Shown here piece by piece: positions 1-12,717 of a DNA stretch of 64,000 bases (position 1 is its first letter; every line of letters starts with the position of its first letter). The stretch comes from Eledone cirrhosa (Eukaryota): NCBI GenBank assembly GCA_964016885.1, contig OZ024742.1:212350001-212414000 (forward strand), in the 5' to 3' direction. Under the pieces are notes generated by a model that did no database searches, had not been told where the DNA came from, and worked only from the letters and a program-made list of their open reading frames with translations. Position numbers and translations under genes: made by a program.

Positions 1-360
1 AGGTCTTCAGCAAAGCAATGTTGTATTTGACATCAGCAAAACCTTTAGTTATCTCTAACCTTTTAGCTACAATATATCTATATCTCATCTATATCTCCAT
101 CTATATCTCATCTCTTAGTTTTCTGTTAGTCTGCTCCATCACAGCATATATTGACAGGATTTCCTTTCCCCCATCCTCTATCTACTCTGATGTACCTCAG
201 GATTTGGTTATGTCTCTAACACTCATCACTCTCTACATCAACAATCTCTTTCTCATATAGATAATACCACTCTTTACTGCTCTTTAAAGTTCCAAATACA
301 GGTGTCATCGACATGTAAACTAAACATCTTATTCCACAAAGCTGGAATGACCACAGATAT

Positions 361-480
361 AATTCTTTCTTTATTGGCCACAAGGGCCTACATATAGGGG
401 ACAATATAAAAAAACAAGGACAATGGGGGTTTACAACAAAAAATTGAGTAAAACATAAATACAACAATAACAACTATAAT
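361..480 (-). mobile_element. 3' tail fragment of a Tx1-like LINE
   Basis: Reverse complement tgtaaacccccattg...gcccttgtggccaataaagaaa matches the 3' end of the element at 45970-46020. Confidence 0.6.
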
Positions 481-700
481 GTAGACTGAACTATAGAGTT
501 CTACCCAGAGAAATGCTGGGTGTTGTATGGCTGATAGATTTAGAATTGTCTTTTAAAACTGTACAGAATCACCAAAATATATTTTTAGCATTACTATTAT
601 GATTAATTAAAGGAGAGTTTACATTTCTTTTCCTTAGTAATAATTAATATCATTAATATTTCTTTAAGCATTGATTCTCTTAAATGTGTATTTTATTTAC

Positions 701-801
701 CAGTAAACTTAGCTGACTTCAGTTCTCTCTTCAACAAAACATTTTCATCTGCCAGGCAAAGTTTTTCTTGTATTTCTTGTTCATTTTTATCTTGAATTTT
801 C
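701..801 (-). CDS. CCDC18: CCDC18-like exon (gene continues beyond window start)
   Basis: ttttcattcag|...|gtaaat, 101 bp; KIQDKNEQEIQEKLCLADENVLLKRELKSAKFT. Confidence 0.72.
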
Positions 802-958
802 CTGAATGAAAACGAAAATGATTATTGCTTATGTAATATATGAGATTCAAATCTATGTGGAAAGGTAAATGGAAAATTGTGATGCATATGCTTTTTTCAA
901 AGTCTTTAAACACCTTATGTAAATTACTTTAATTTGGGATCAAAACTAGCTACAAACA

Positions 959-1150
959 AATAATTGTTTCTACTTTTGGCACAAGGCCAGCAATTATCCT
1001 AGTGCATTACTGGTACCTTATTTTATTGACCCCATAAGGATGAAAGGCAAAGTGAAACTTGGTGGGATTTGATCTCACACCGTAAAGGGCCGAAACTCCA
1101 CGTTGCAAAGCAAGCCGTTCGACCCTCTATCGATCGTGCCAATCCACCAT
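959..1150 (-). mobile_element. tRNA-derived SINE with Meta-like central domain
   Basis: Shares gcctttcatccttanggggtcgataaaata...gtaccag core and tail with >10 copies in the window. Confidence 0.85.
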
Positions 1151-2574
1151 AATAACAATAAATAAGAACTTCTGAGTTGAAAGAACCTATGGAAAAAGAA
1201 GTGTGATGGCTGATCTCAAGATGCTGAACTTCACTAGAGAAATAACAAGGGGTTGCAACAAGTGGCAAGACATTATGTTAAGAGAAGCATATCTTTCTCA
1301 TGCCAGCATAAAAAAAAAGCGGGCATGGAATGATGATGTTGGGTGGCTGGGATGATAAAGATGGTTAGCAACATTATTTCAGTCTTTTTATTTAAGATAT
1401 AGAACCCAATTCCTTATTAATCTTGCCATAACCATCTTAGAATCTCTAGCAGAGCACACTGGAGTAGTTTCTTGTTACTATCTCCAGTTGGATATAAATA
1501 TCAAATTCATAAAGACATGCAAGTGTGGGAGGGAGAGGGGAAAGGAATTTGTCATGTTACCATTTTTCTGAAGGGCTCTAACAATACAAGTGAAATGAAA
1601 CAGTTCCAACCAGAATTTTAAACTGGATTGTGAAGTCTGCTTTCATCTTCATTCTACAGTACTTAGCAATGCCTCCTAATATTTACTTCTCTTGTCCTGG
1701 CGTCTTGCCTATCTACTTCATTTCTAGCAAACAACCTATATTTTGAATTAATTACTCCAGTCAGTAAAATTTCTTTTTCCAGTCTTCCTTTTGAGGTTCT
1801 CTATTTTCTTACTTCAATGTTCTTAAATGTTTCCTTCTTCTTCAACTAATTTCATAGCTCTGTCTCTACCCCATCCCTCATCTCTGATCTCAATAGTTCT
1901 AAACAAGCAACACATGACAGTATTTCTCTCTCAAGCCCAGCCATGTAAAGATAGGGTTTTAAGGTTTTATTTCAACCTATATTTTGAATTAAATACTCCC
2001 GTCAGTAAAATTTCTTTTCTACAATTTTCTGTTCCTTTTGATGTTCTGCATTTGCTTATTTCATGGCTCTATCATCTCTGCATCCTACCTACATACCCCC
2101 TATCCACCACCTTCTGGTTAGCTGACATTGCCATGCAGCACCCCCCCCCCCCTCATTTCGCAAACCTTCTTGCATGTTGCTTTCCTCACTTACCCTGTTA
2201 CATCACCAAGGTCAATTGCTACTGTGCAGATCACTGCTGCTCAGAGTAAAGGAAAATTACAATTACAGGAAAGACATGGACTCTGCAAGCGATAGTGTAG
2301 GCTCACATCAAGGAGAGCAGTGACTCCGATTAAAAAACGTCTGAACAAGGTAGATGTGGACTCCAAAAGCCATAGTAAAGGCAACCCGTCTAGAAGAGCA
2401 GTAACTCCAATAAATAACAACTGCACAGGGCAGACATAGGGCTATGTAAGCCATAGTAAAGGTAACCCATCTATGAGAGTAGACACTCCAAATAAAAACT
2501 GATACAGGGTGGAGAGGACTCTTAAATCCAGTAAGACAACCTCTCTAGTGCTGGTGGCTTGAATAATGCACACA

Positions 2575-2803
2575 GTCCACACTGTAAAGTGGACGTGTAG
2601 GCGCCACGAAAAAGCACCCAGCACTCACTGTAAATGAGGTTGGTGTTAGGAAGGGCATCCAGCTGTAGAAATCAAGCCAAATCAGTTCCTGTATGAGCAA
2701 GGCATGGTCAGCCGACCAGACACTGCCCACAACAGGACAACCCGTCTAACCCATGCTAGCGTGGAAGAACGGACGTAAAACGGTGATGATGATGATGATG
2801 ATG
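2575..2803 (+). mobile_element. RTE LINE 3' UTR fragment with (GAT)n tail
   Basis: Near-identical to 42050-42268 and 8740-8958. Confidence 0.85.
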
Positions 2804-2809
2804 AGTCCA

Positions 2810-4262
2810 TGCTGTAAAGTGGTTGGTGATAGGAAGGGTATCCAGCCAGAAAAATCCTACCAAAAATATGATAAGCATGACAAATACGATTCTCACTAAT
2901 TGCATATACAGGGCTAACACTAGTCATGTTAGTGCTGCATACAATAGTGGGATAGCTAGAGAAGCCATGTGCAGGAACCCCTCGACTGTCGTCAAGCAAT
3001 TACACAGCCCTTTTCCTTTTCAAGCTCATAAAACTTCTACCCAAGTAAATAACAACTGTCAAAGTATAAATCTCAGAACTGCCACCATCAATGTTGGCAC
3101 TCTGAAAAGTAAATCAGGTGAAATTGTGGAGCTGTTAAAGAAAAGAGAAGTAGATGTAGGTTGTGTACAAGAAGTGAGATGGAGGAGTGCCTCAGCAAGA
3201 CTAATCACACGTAAACAACAGAGATATAAACCCTACTGGGCTGGAAATGACGATGGGGTAGGAGGTGTAGGCATCTTACTAGCTGAGAAATGGATAGATA
3301 AGGTGACAGAGGTAGTTAGAGTAAGCGACAGAATTATCAAGCTTAGAATAACTGTAGGAGATAGAATGGTGACAATTACTTCTACCTATGCCCCACAGGC
3401 AGGACTAAGTAAAGATCAAAAGGACAGGTTCTATGAGGAACCTTTACAGACAACTTCAGGTACTGATGAAAGAGACTTCATCATCTTGGCAGGTGACTTC
3501 AATGGACATGTGGGGCAATACCAGGACGGATTCTGTGGAGTTCATGGTGGCTATGGTTATGGCTCAAGAAATGAAGAGGGATTGAGGCTCCTGGAATTCT
3601 GCAACATGAATGAACTAACCATTTGCAACACATATTTCAGGAAACCAGCCAGCCACCAGATTTCATAACAATCAGGTGAACACACATGCCAAATTGATTA
3701 GTTACTCATAAGACAATGAGATAAACGGACTGTAATAAATACTAAGGACTTCCTGGGGAAGAATGCACCACCCAACACAAGTTAGTTATTAGCAACATCA
3801 AAATAAACACAAGACAGAACAAGATACAAAGGAAAATATGGTGAGGGAGGGTTTGGAAGCTAAAGGTCCTTTCAGTTAAATATAGATTTAGAAAGGGCTT
3901 ACATGAGGCAGTAGATGAGAGGGGTAACGAGCTGGGTACATATAATGTAGAGGACAACTAGAAATTCCTACATAACAACCTTTTGCAAACTACAGATGAG
4001 ACTTGTAGCTGGAGTAAAGCACCAACCAGAAAGAGGATAACCTGGTGGTGGAACAGCACAGTAGATAGAGCCATTAAAGCCAAGAAATAGGCATGGAAAG
4101 ACTGGAAAAATGGGGGTAGCAGGGATCAGTTCTAGGTAGCTAGGACAGAAGCTAGACAACAGGAATACACAGATCGGAGAGAGGCTAAAAAAAGAAAGTT
4201 TGCCCATGTCTTGAGACGTGAGGATCAGAGGTGTGAAGTTTTTGGCATTGCAAGGCAGTGTT
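2810..4262 (+). mobile_element. RTE LINE 5' portion (APE endonuclease), degenerate
   Basis: ORF 2823..3668: TINVGTL, CVQEVRW, GVGILL, YAPQAG, AGDFNGHVG; stops downstream. Confidence 0.88.
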
Positions 4263-4495
4263 TAGTGTAAATCAGTTGTGCTGTCCTTTAACCTCTAATT
4301 AAGCCATTAATGCCATGAACATTTTTTTTTTTAAATCAACAATAATCTACTATAAATAGCAGCCAAACTCCTTCAAATCACAGCTGTATTAAAAAAGGAA
4401 GGGTCAATTTAGAACTAAACAGTAGAAACAAGTTTTTGAATCTAAAATTGCATAGTAATTGTATGAATTCAATGAGAGAATTTAACCTAATTTAC

Positions 4496-4596
4496 CTTAT
4501 CTGATTCTCATTTTTCTTCAGGCCTGACTCCAGTGCACACACATTCTGAAGCAAGTCATCTCTTTCTTTGTTCAAATTTAATATTTTGTTTTCTAG
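4496..4596 (-). CDS. CCDC18: CCDC18-like exon
   Basis: ctttttag|...ag|gtaaat, 101 bp; LENKILNLNKERDDLLQNVCALESGLKKNENQI(R); phases match both neighbours. Confidence 0.75.
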
Positions 4597-4671
4597 CTAA
4601 AAAGTATTTCAATATTATTGAAAACAGGAAACAATATTTTTTAAAATCATAATTGAATACAATCACAGATG

Positions 4672-4815
4672 CAGGCACGGCTTGCTTCATAACCACGTGA
4701 TTACAGGTTCAATTGTATTTTGTGGTACTTTGGGCAAATATCTTCTATAAACTCAGGTTGACCAATGCTTTATGAGTGAAGTTTGGTAGACAAACTATGT
4801 GAAAAACTGTCTTTG
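4672..4815 (+). mobile_element. tRNA-derived SINE, second family (related copies ~24590-24740 + and ~46470-46710 -)
   Basis: ggttcaat B-box-like, ctttgggcaa CORE-like block, ttgaccaatgctttatgagtgaa tail followed by microsatellite. Confidence 0.55.
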
Positions 4816-4938
4816 TATGTATGAATGTGTGTATGTATGCATGCATGTATGTCTGCCTGTATGTGTATCTCCGTGTGTGTGTATGAATGTATGTTCTGAT
4901 TTTGTTATTTTATAAATTTTCTAATTATTTTATAAATG

Positions 4939-5131
4939 AGGGTGGTAGATTGGCAGTATCGGTAGAGGGTCGGACGCCATGCTTTGACGCATAGAGTTAC
5001 GGCCCTTGCCATTCTGAGTTCAAATCCCGCCGAGGTTAACTTTGCCTTTCATCCTTACGGGGTCGATAAAATAAAGTACCAGTAATGTACTGGGTAATTG
5101 CTGGCCTTGTGCCAAAAGTAGAAACAATTAT
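4939..5131 (+). mobile_element. Meta-type tRNA SINE, full length
   Basis: A-box-like tggcagtatcgg, B-box gagttcaaatcc, Meta-like core, (att)n tail. Confidence 0.88.
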
Positions 5132-5269
5132 TTTATAAATTTTCACCAATAGAGAGAGTCTGTTTCTAACATAGAAACAAGACTCTTTCAATGTAATTTA
5201 GACATCATGTGTGGCTCTGTATGTTTGGAGTTATATGTGTGTATATGAATATGTTTCTGTATCTATGTG

Positions 5270-5680
5270 TGCATAATTTTAGGGTTCCATTAATGGATTG
5301 TACTTGTAACTTCCTAACTTGCTGTGCTCTTTCTAGTTCTGTGAAACCCAGTTTCTCAAGATTTGTACTGAGGCAGTTAGTAACATATCTAAGTGCCCCA
5401 ATGATCACAGATGCAAAGCTAAAGGGTGTGGAGTATCTGCAGACTCCTCATTAGATCAGCATAAATGTTCCCCTTTTTATTAATCTTTAGCATTATATTA
5501 ACATTTTCTGAGCAGCTTGTTTCCACTACTGTGCATGCCTTCTTTTCTCTGTCCTATATCTGGTCTGTTATGTATTTTATTGGGGTTTTGACTGAAACAT
5601 TCCACTAGTACTTTTTCATATTATGTATGCATATGCCCTTCACACCACTGTAATTTTTTATATTTTAATTCTCAGGGCAG
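5270..5680 (-). mobile_element. Degenerate 3' end of an R4/Dong-like (restriction-like endonuclease) non-LTR element
   Basis: ORF 5205..5408 IIGALRYVTNCLSTNLEKLG...LQVQSINGT resembles the conserved C-terminus of RLE elements. Confidence 0.5.
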
Positions 5681-5919
5681 TTTTTAAGGAATGGTTTCAA
5701 ATATACAACACACCAAACATTTCTTTTTTGTTACAGCTTTGTCAAGCGGAAGAGGACAATGCCCATTACCCTTTATTTGTTCAGGGCTTTTAAGAATGGT
5801 GAGAGAAATGAGAGAAGTTATACTCAAATCACAAAGCAGGTGTTTGTAAAGTGAAATTAACCACACAGCAATGCCAGCATCTCATAAATGATTATTTTTA
5901 AATATTTAAAGTTTCTCAC

Positions 5920-5986
5920 CAAGTGACACTTCTCTTCAATATTTCTCTTGAAGCTTTCAAACTGTTTCCTTGTCTCTTGTTTTTCA
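5920..5986 (-). CDS. CCDC18: CCDC18-like exon
   Basis: Long polypyrimidine acceptor, donor gtgag; EKQETRKQFESFKRNIEEKCHL. Confidence 0.7.
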
Positions 5987-6570
5987 CTTAAATTAACAAA
6001 ACAAAAAGAAAGAAAAGGAAATCAATATCAATTCCTACATTCAAGAAGGGAAAGTCTTCAATTTTTTTAACACCTGTTTGTGGCACAAAAAGGGGATCAT
6101 ATTTCCACATATTGATTTAAACTATTTTGTTACCATATTTCTAATGAAAGAGACTGCTTATGATTTTCAAATCATTTTCAAAATAATCAAGAATTTGTAG
6201 GGATTGAGTAATATAACAAACATTCTTATTGTTAAGCTGGTATTTGGAATATCACTTTACAAAAGTTCTTACATGATGATAGTTTTTTAGATAAATATAA
6301 ACTCTTTAAAATAAACAGCTTTGTATCATAGAACCAGTGGAGTTTCAGGGAATTAAGTATTGAAAGGGTTTTCTTTGGTTGTTACTTGATTCTTTCTTCT
6401 AACAGAGAATCTGGTACAGAGATAACAACAAAATTTGAGACTTATAATAAACCAATAAGACAATTGAATGAATATTGAAATTGTATCACATTAAAACAGA
6501 TTAATAGATGACCATTTAGAACAGGCTGACTTAACAAGTCTACTATACATAAATTTACCAGATAATATCA

Positions 6571-7055
6571 TCTATATATATAAAACTGAGGATATCTGTC
6601 TGTGTGTGTGTGTGTGAGTTTGAATCCCTAAAACTCGAGAAGCACCAAACCGACTGTTTTCAAACTTTACACATGTAATACTTGTTTCGGGTAGTGTTCT
6701 GAGCAAAAAAAATTTCAAATTTTCAATGCCCTAGGTACCGCATTAGGCGATTTAGCGATCTCTCTCTATAGTTCTTAGTCTTTCTCTTTTTAGATAGATA
6801 CATACATATAACGTTGCGCCCTTATAATATCTGTCTGGTGCGTCAATGTATGGCTGTTAAACGGACCGCGAACGCATTCTGATTCATTCTAAAGGCTACC
6901 AGTGGAAGCAACTGTAACACCCTCCTTCAAATGTCAGAGAACGCAGTCAAAGTCACTATTAAGGGCTACAAGTGCAAAATATCAATTCTTCTTCACACAT
7001 TTCAGATAGTCTCTCATCGTTATGTTTTCTGACTCATTTGCACAATTAATACTAG
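6571..7055 (+). mobile_element. Probable non-autonomous Helitron (3' end uncertain)
   Basis: a|TCTATATATATAAAA start followed by (TG)n and ttcaaactttacaca, a typical Helitron-N 5' architecture; CTAG near 7052. Confidence 0.5.
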
Positions 7056-7735
7056 CATAAGGATATTTAAATATTTTTTCAATCAGGCACATGGCTTAGT
7101 GGTGAGAGAGTTGGATTCACAATTGTGAGGTTGTGAGTTTAATTCTTGGACTAGGTGATGTATTAGGTTCTTGAGCAAGACACTTTATTTTACGTTGCAA
7201 TTTCTGCAGGAGTTGTGACTGGTAGATTGATCAGCAATGGAAAGATCAATAGAAACTTGTTTTCTTGGTCTAATATGACAAGTTCCACCCCACTCAGTAA
7301 GTGAATGAGGTCTGGAATCTTGTCAATCAATTTGATTGATCAAAGAATCAGTAGTAAGCAATCACAGCACATGAGGTCTATTTTAATGTAAAGCTGATGT
7401 GCAATATAAGAGAGGATTTCATTTCTGAATACAGCACATGATTACAGTAAGATACTTATTTTCACACAATTTACACAGGGCTAAACTATTCAGTGTATTC
7501 TATTGTAAGGTGGTAAGGTGTAGTGTAAGAGAGCTTTGGCTGTTATTTTTGGCATGTAGAGCAACCAGATAGAGGCTCCTTTTCCAAGACATTATCCTGA
7601 TTCTTTTATTTTATATTCTGATAACTGTAAACTTTATATCAACTCTACTAATCAATACATTTTCAATACACTGCTAATCAATACATTTTCAATAAGAAAG
7701 TGTTTAAAATTTCTATATCCTATGTAACAAATATT

Positions 7736-8958
7736 ACGGACATGAATTCCAAACATGGAAGCAGGGACTAGAAAGAAAGGGTCTCAAAGTCAACATGACA
7801 AAGACTAAGGTCCTTGTAAGTAGACGAGAAAACAGAACCCAAATCCCCTCAGGGAAATGGCCTTGCTCAGTATGTAGGAAAGGTGTAGGTAGGAACTCCA
7901 TTCTCTGCCCCAAATGCAAACAATGGGTACACAAGAGATGTAGCAGGATCTCAGGAAGCTTAATTAAGAATGTAGGCTTCACATGTAGCAGCTGTGCTGG
8001 GACAGCAAGCAGCAAACAGCCACAGGAAACAAGTACCACCAATCTCTGGGAGGGCTCTGTAGAAAGAGTAGACAGCTTCTGCTACCTAGGTGACCGAATT
8101 AGCAGCAGAGGTGGGTGTTTGGAAAGTACAATAACTAGGGTAAGAACGGGATGGAAGAAGTTCAGGGAACTACTGCCACTGCTAGCTGCAAAAGGCTTCT
8201 CCCTCAAAATGAAAGGCAGACTGTATGATGCGTGTATCCGAACAGCGATGTTGCATGGTAGTGAGACCTAGGCGCTGAAGGTGGAAGACTTACGTAGATT
8301 AGAAAGAAACGAAGCCTGCATGCTCCGATGGATGTGTAATAGTAATATACGCGAACGACAAAGCATAAATGAATTGAGAGAGAGACTGAGCATCAGAGGA
8401 ATCAAATGCTGTGTGCAGGAGAGGCGGTTGCGTTGGTATGGACATGTGATGTGGATGAAGGATGACAGCTGCATAAAAAGGTGCAGAGCACTAGAAGTCA
8501 ATGGAAACCGCGGAGTGGGGAGACCCAAGAAGACCTGGGATGAGGTGATAAAAGCCAACCTTACCCAATTACACCTCTCAAAGGCGATGACACATGACCG
8601 TGACCTCTGGCATCATGCAGTAATACAGAGTACCCGACCTCCCATGGGTACAAGCTGAAGCATAAATACAATATGCCCCCACACCCTCCCACTGCAAGGT
8701 GGTCGTGGAGGTGCCACGGCAAAAAAGCACCCAGCCCACACTGTAAAGTGGACGTGTAGGCGCCACGGAAAAAGCACCCAACACTCACTGTAAATGAGGT
8801 TGGTGTTAGGAAGGGCATCTAGCTGTAGAAATCAAGCCAGAATCAGTTCCTGTATGAGCAAGGCATGGTCAGCCAACCAGACACTGCCCACAACAGGACA
8901 ACCCGTCTAACCCATGCTAGCATGGAAGAACGGACGTAAAACGGTGATGATGATGATG
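7736..8958 (+). mobile_element. 5'-truncated RTE LINE (RT C-terminus, zinc finger, 3' UTR, (GAT)n tail)
   Basis: ORFs 7795..8271 and 8281..8658 split by one TGG>TAG stop; highly similar to 41090-42268. Confidence 0.93.
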
Positions 8959-9027
8959 AATCTACAAAAAGATTGGTATAGGATATAAAATTTCAAAATA
9001 TAAAATTGAGATTTGACAATTAAAGTA

Positions 9028-9650
9028 AATAATTGTTTCTACTTTAGGCACAAGGCCAGCAATTATCCCAGTGCATTACTGGTACTTTATTTTATCGACC
9101 CCGTAAGGATGAAAGGCAAAGTTAACCTCGGCGGGATTTGAACTCAGATCATAAAGGGACGTAACTATGCTGGAAAGCATGGCGTCCGACCCTCTACCGA
9201 TACTGCCAATCCCCTGCCCTTACAATTAAAGTAAATAATTGTTTCTACTTTTGACACAAGGCCAGCAATTACCCAGTAGATTACTGGTACTTTATTTTAT
9301 CGACCCCATAAGGATGAAAGGCAAATTTAACCTGGGCGGGAGTTGAACTCAGAATAGCAAGGGCCGTAACTCTATACGTCAAAGCATGGCGTCCGACCCT
9401 CTACCGATACTGCCAATTCACCAGTAAATAATGGTTTCTAATTTTGGTACAAGCCCAACAATTTGGTAGGAAGAGAAAGTTGTTAATATTGACCCAAGTA
9501 TTTGATTGATACTTTAGTTTATCAATGACAGAAAGATGAAAGGCAGAATTGACGTCGGCAGGATTTGAAACCAGAATGTAGAAGGCTGAAATAAAATACT
9601 TTATTGCATTTCATTCGACACTCTACCGATTCAGCCAATCCACTGTCCTA
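9028..9650 (-). mobile_element. Three head-to-tail Meta-type SINEs (9028-9220, 9234-9424, 9428-9650)
   Basis: Same family as 4939-5131; direct repeat acaattaaagtaaataat at 9016 and 9222 flanks the first copy. Confidence 0.85.
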
Positions 9651-9689
9651 ATTCAGGCAAATGATAAAACTAACTTTTAAAATCCTTAC

Positions 9690-9818
9690 AGTGAATTCTT
9701 TTGTTGTATTTGATTCATTTCATCTGTCAAGTTTTGTATAGTTTTCTGTAACGTTTCCTTTTCTGAATTAGCATCTGCTGTCTGTTTATGAGCTTTTTCA
9801 TATCGTTCCTCAGCTTCT
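9690..9818 (-). CDS. CCDC18: CCDC18-like exon
   Basis: tttctacag|...|gtaagg, 129 bp; EAEERYEKAHKQTADANSEKETLQKTIQNLTDEMNQIQQKNS, coiled-coil character. Confidence 0.75.
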
Positions 9819-11615
9819 CTGTAGAAATGGAACAAATTTCATTTTAATGATTATTAAACACTAGAAAGAAGTTAAAAATTTCTTAGTGATCACCAGCAGC
9901 TACTCTTCAATAAATTTATCAGAATAACTAATGACAAAACTTCTTACTTTGTTTGCAGTGACAGGTTCAGCAGATTGCTTCACCTTGCTGGCAGGACTGC
10001 TGGGCACTTTCTCTTTTGTGGCTAACTCCTCCACATAACTAAATGTTTTGTTTAGTTCTTTCCTTTATTTATTTTACTGTTTTCAGTAATTGGACTAGTG
10101 GTAAGAAACTCTCAGGAGAGTTGGACAGCAGAAGGTCTTCAGAGAAGAACTCCTCCCCCCTCAAGCGAGTGTTTCCACCCTTAACTTCTTACACTCTAAG
10201 GGGCCAGGTCGCATCCAAGTCATGATTCCTGGGTGCTCTTCTGCTGACATTTAGCCATTCAGAAATTGGAGACTTGCTGTGTATTTAAACCATATGGAGA
10301 TTTTGTTGACAGGATCTAGCTGAAACTCCCCTACATTACTTTCAAACTTGTATTTAAACACCTTCTTGAATTGGTAGTTATAGTAGCAGTGAGTCATCAA
10401 CAGTATCACTGACACTGTCGCCAACACTACAAACCCTGATTCACTCAGAGTTACTTCCTTTAGCATGTGTTACAATACAAATACGATGCCTCTCACATAG
10501 TATGGTGGCTGCTTTAGTTCTTCTTCAACCTGATCCAGCTGGAACTCCTTTCTGTTGCTGTTGTTTCTAATTCAGTCAACTCTGATCAAACACTGCTATG
10601 ATCAAAAGCCTTCATCCTCTTATTTTGTTTATCTGAAACTAGTCTGTCCATTGTGTATTTTATTATTTATGACAGTAAGGTATAATTTGGCTGCTTTCTC
10701 TAGTAGATTCCGCAACCATGTAGAGGTTTCTTCATTAGCTCATCCATTTCAGTTTTATGACTATCTAGAAATATGTATTAAAAGAAACATACCACTAATA
10801 ATAATAAAGATACAGTGGATGAATGGTGTTTACAATGGTATCAATGTGGTAATAGAAGACATTCTAACTTCGAATCTACCTCTCCAACTTAATACTCACC
10901 TATACCCCACTTCATTATTTAAATACTCCACCTTAGATCTCCACTCACTTTCTCCATACCCACTCCAACTTGTGTATCAAACAATTGCCATGATGGAAAA
11001 ACAGCCCTCTCCTCCCCTCGTCCAACTCCTTCCGGCATGGGAAAGCAGCCCCCCACCACCTTCTAGCTCAGCCCAACCCATACTAATATACAAAGACCAC
11101 CATGTTAACATGGAATTTTGGACACCTGCCACCTTGTACCATAACAAAATGCCTGGCCAAAGCAAGAATTGTAATGAATGAACTAAACATGGTCTTCTGT
11201 CCAGCCTAATCTAAGATGTGACAGTCTGTCTGGCCTAGGCAGGAATGAGGTAAGTAGATGTTTAAGGACAATGGTGAGGCACTCTCCTTCCTATTCCACA
11301 CCCCTGATACACCTTTTCCTTCCAACCCATGCAAGCTCTCTCAGAGGACTGCAGTCACAATAAAAAAAAAACACCAAGTCCTTCCTGTAAGGTGTTAGTG
11401 CTGGTGCCACATCAAAAAGCACTCATTCTATGCTGTAAGGCAGTTGTGCTGGTGCCACAACAAAAAACCACCCAAAGCCAAAAACAGATCTATATGAGCA
11501 AGATGTAGTCACTTGATCTGGCTAGCCTCAGCCTCATAATATGATAACTCATCTAGTCCATGCAAGCATGGAAAATAAACATTAAATGGTGATGCTGATA
11601 CTGAAAATATATCCT

Positions 11616-11826
11616 TAACCCTTTAGCAGTTACATTACTCTATATATACTATTATATTTTCATGGTAAAGACTTTACCTCACATAATATTCAATCTATGA
11701 GATTTTGATATTTATTTTGAGAACAATACCTTAATATCAGTATGAGTGGCCAGTTGCAGCCAGTTTAAACAGAAAGAGATGAGAGAATTCTGGCCAGATA
11801 CGGCCCGTTTAAATGCTAAAGGTTTA
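11616..11826. mobile_element. piggyBac-type MITE (TTAA-CCCTTTAGCA termini); related copies ~15076-15288, 15614-16119, 33218-33343, 33621-33783
   Basis: ttaaccctttagca...tgctaaagg(g)ttaa terminal inverted repeats with TTAA. Confidence 0.75.
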
Positions 11827-11882
11827 GCTGTTTCGATCTTTGGAAAATCTATTCTTTATGTTTAAATATATTTTTTTTTTAC

Positions 11883-11974
11883 CTCAAATTCTGGTCTTGT
11901 ATCTTCAATTCATTTTGTAATACATCCAGTTTTTCTTGATACATTTTCCACATTGGTTCATTTGATATTTTATT
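11883..11974 (-). CDS. CCDC18: CCDC18-like exon
   Basis: NKISNEPMWKMYQEKLDVLQNELKIQDQNL(R)|gtaaaa, phase 2 joins next exon; acceptor weak. Confidence 0.6.
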
Positions 11975-12116
11975 CTTTTCAATTATTATTTATTCATAAT
12001 CCAAGAAAAAGTAAAAAAAAAAAAAAAAGAATTCATAAATATGTTAATCACTAACTTATTTTAAAATGTGTTTTAATTTAGTATATCATCATCATTTTAC
12101 GTCCGCTTTTCCCTGC

Positions 12117-12717
12117 TTGAATATACCTACTGTAGTGTGAAAGTGTGTGGCTTTTGAATATACCTACTGTATTGTGATAGTGTGAAGGTATGTGGCTTTT
12201 GAATATACCTACTGTATTGTGAAAGTGTGTTGCTTTTGAATATACCTACTGTAGTGTGATAGTGTGTGGCTTTTGAATATACCTACTGTAGTGTGATAGT
12301 GTGAAGGTATGTGGCTTTTGAATATACCTACTGTAGTGTGATAGTGTGAAGGTATGTGGCTTTTGAATATACCTACTGTATTGCGATAGTGTGAAAGTGT
12401 GTGGCTTTTGAATATACCTACTGTATTGTGATAGTGTGAAAGTGTGTTGCTTTTGAATATACCTACTGTAGTGTGATAGTGTGTGGCTTTTGAATATACC
12501 TACTGTAGTGTGATAGTGTGAAGGTATGTGGCTTTTGAATATACCTACTGTAGTGTGATAGTGTGAAGGTGTGTGGCTTTTGAATATACCCACTGTATTG
12601 TGATAGTGTGAAGGTATGTGGCTTTTGAATATACCCACTGTAGTGTGATAGTGTGAAAGTATGTGGCTTTTGAATATACCCACTGTATTGTGTGTGATAG
12701 TGTGAAAGTGTGTGGCT
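12117..12717. repeat. Minisatellite, ~14 units of 34-45 bp (gaatatacctactgtagtgtgatagtgtgaaggtatgtggctttt)
   Basis: Direct inspection; explains the repetitive ORFs 12246..12683 and 12545..12799. Confidence 0.95.

Noticed and set aside
4939-5131. tRNA gene
   Set aside because: A/B boxes belong to a multicopy SINE head; no complete cloverleaf
6385-6410. Possible micro-exon (DSLLEERIK) of the coiled-coil gene
   Set aside because: Phases incompatible with the flanking exons
9948-10038. Possible extra minus-strand exon (YVEELATKEKVPSSPASK...|gtaag)
   Set aside because: Ends in phase 0 while the next exon needs phase 2; the 11883-to-9818 junction already fits
10555-11181. 208 aa plus-strand ORF as a host gene
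   Set aside because: No splice context or recognisable domain; lies antisense within an intron and looks like decayed retroelement sequence
12117-12717. CRISPR-like regular repeats / repetitive protein ORF
   Set aside because: Units abut with no unique spacers, no cas genes, eukaryotic context; it is a minisatellite
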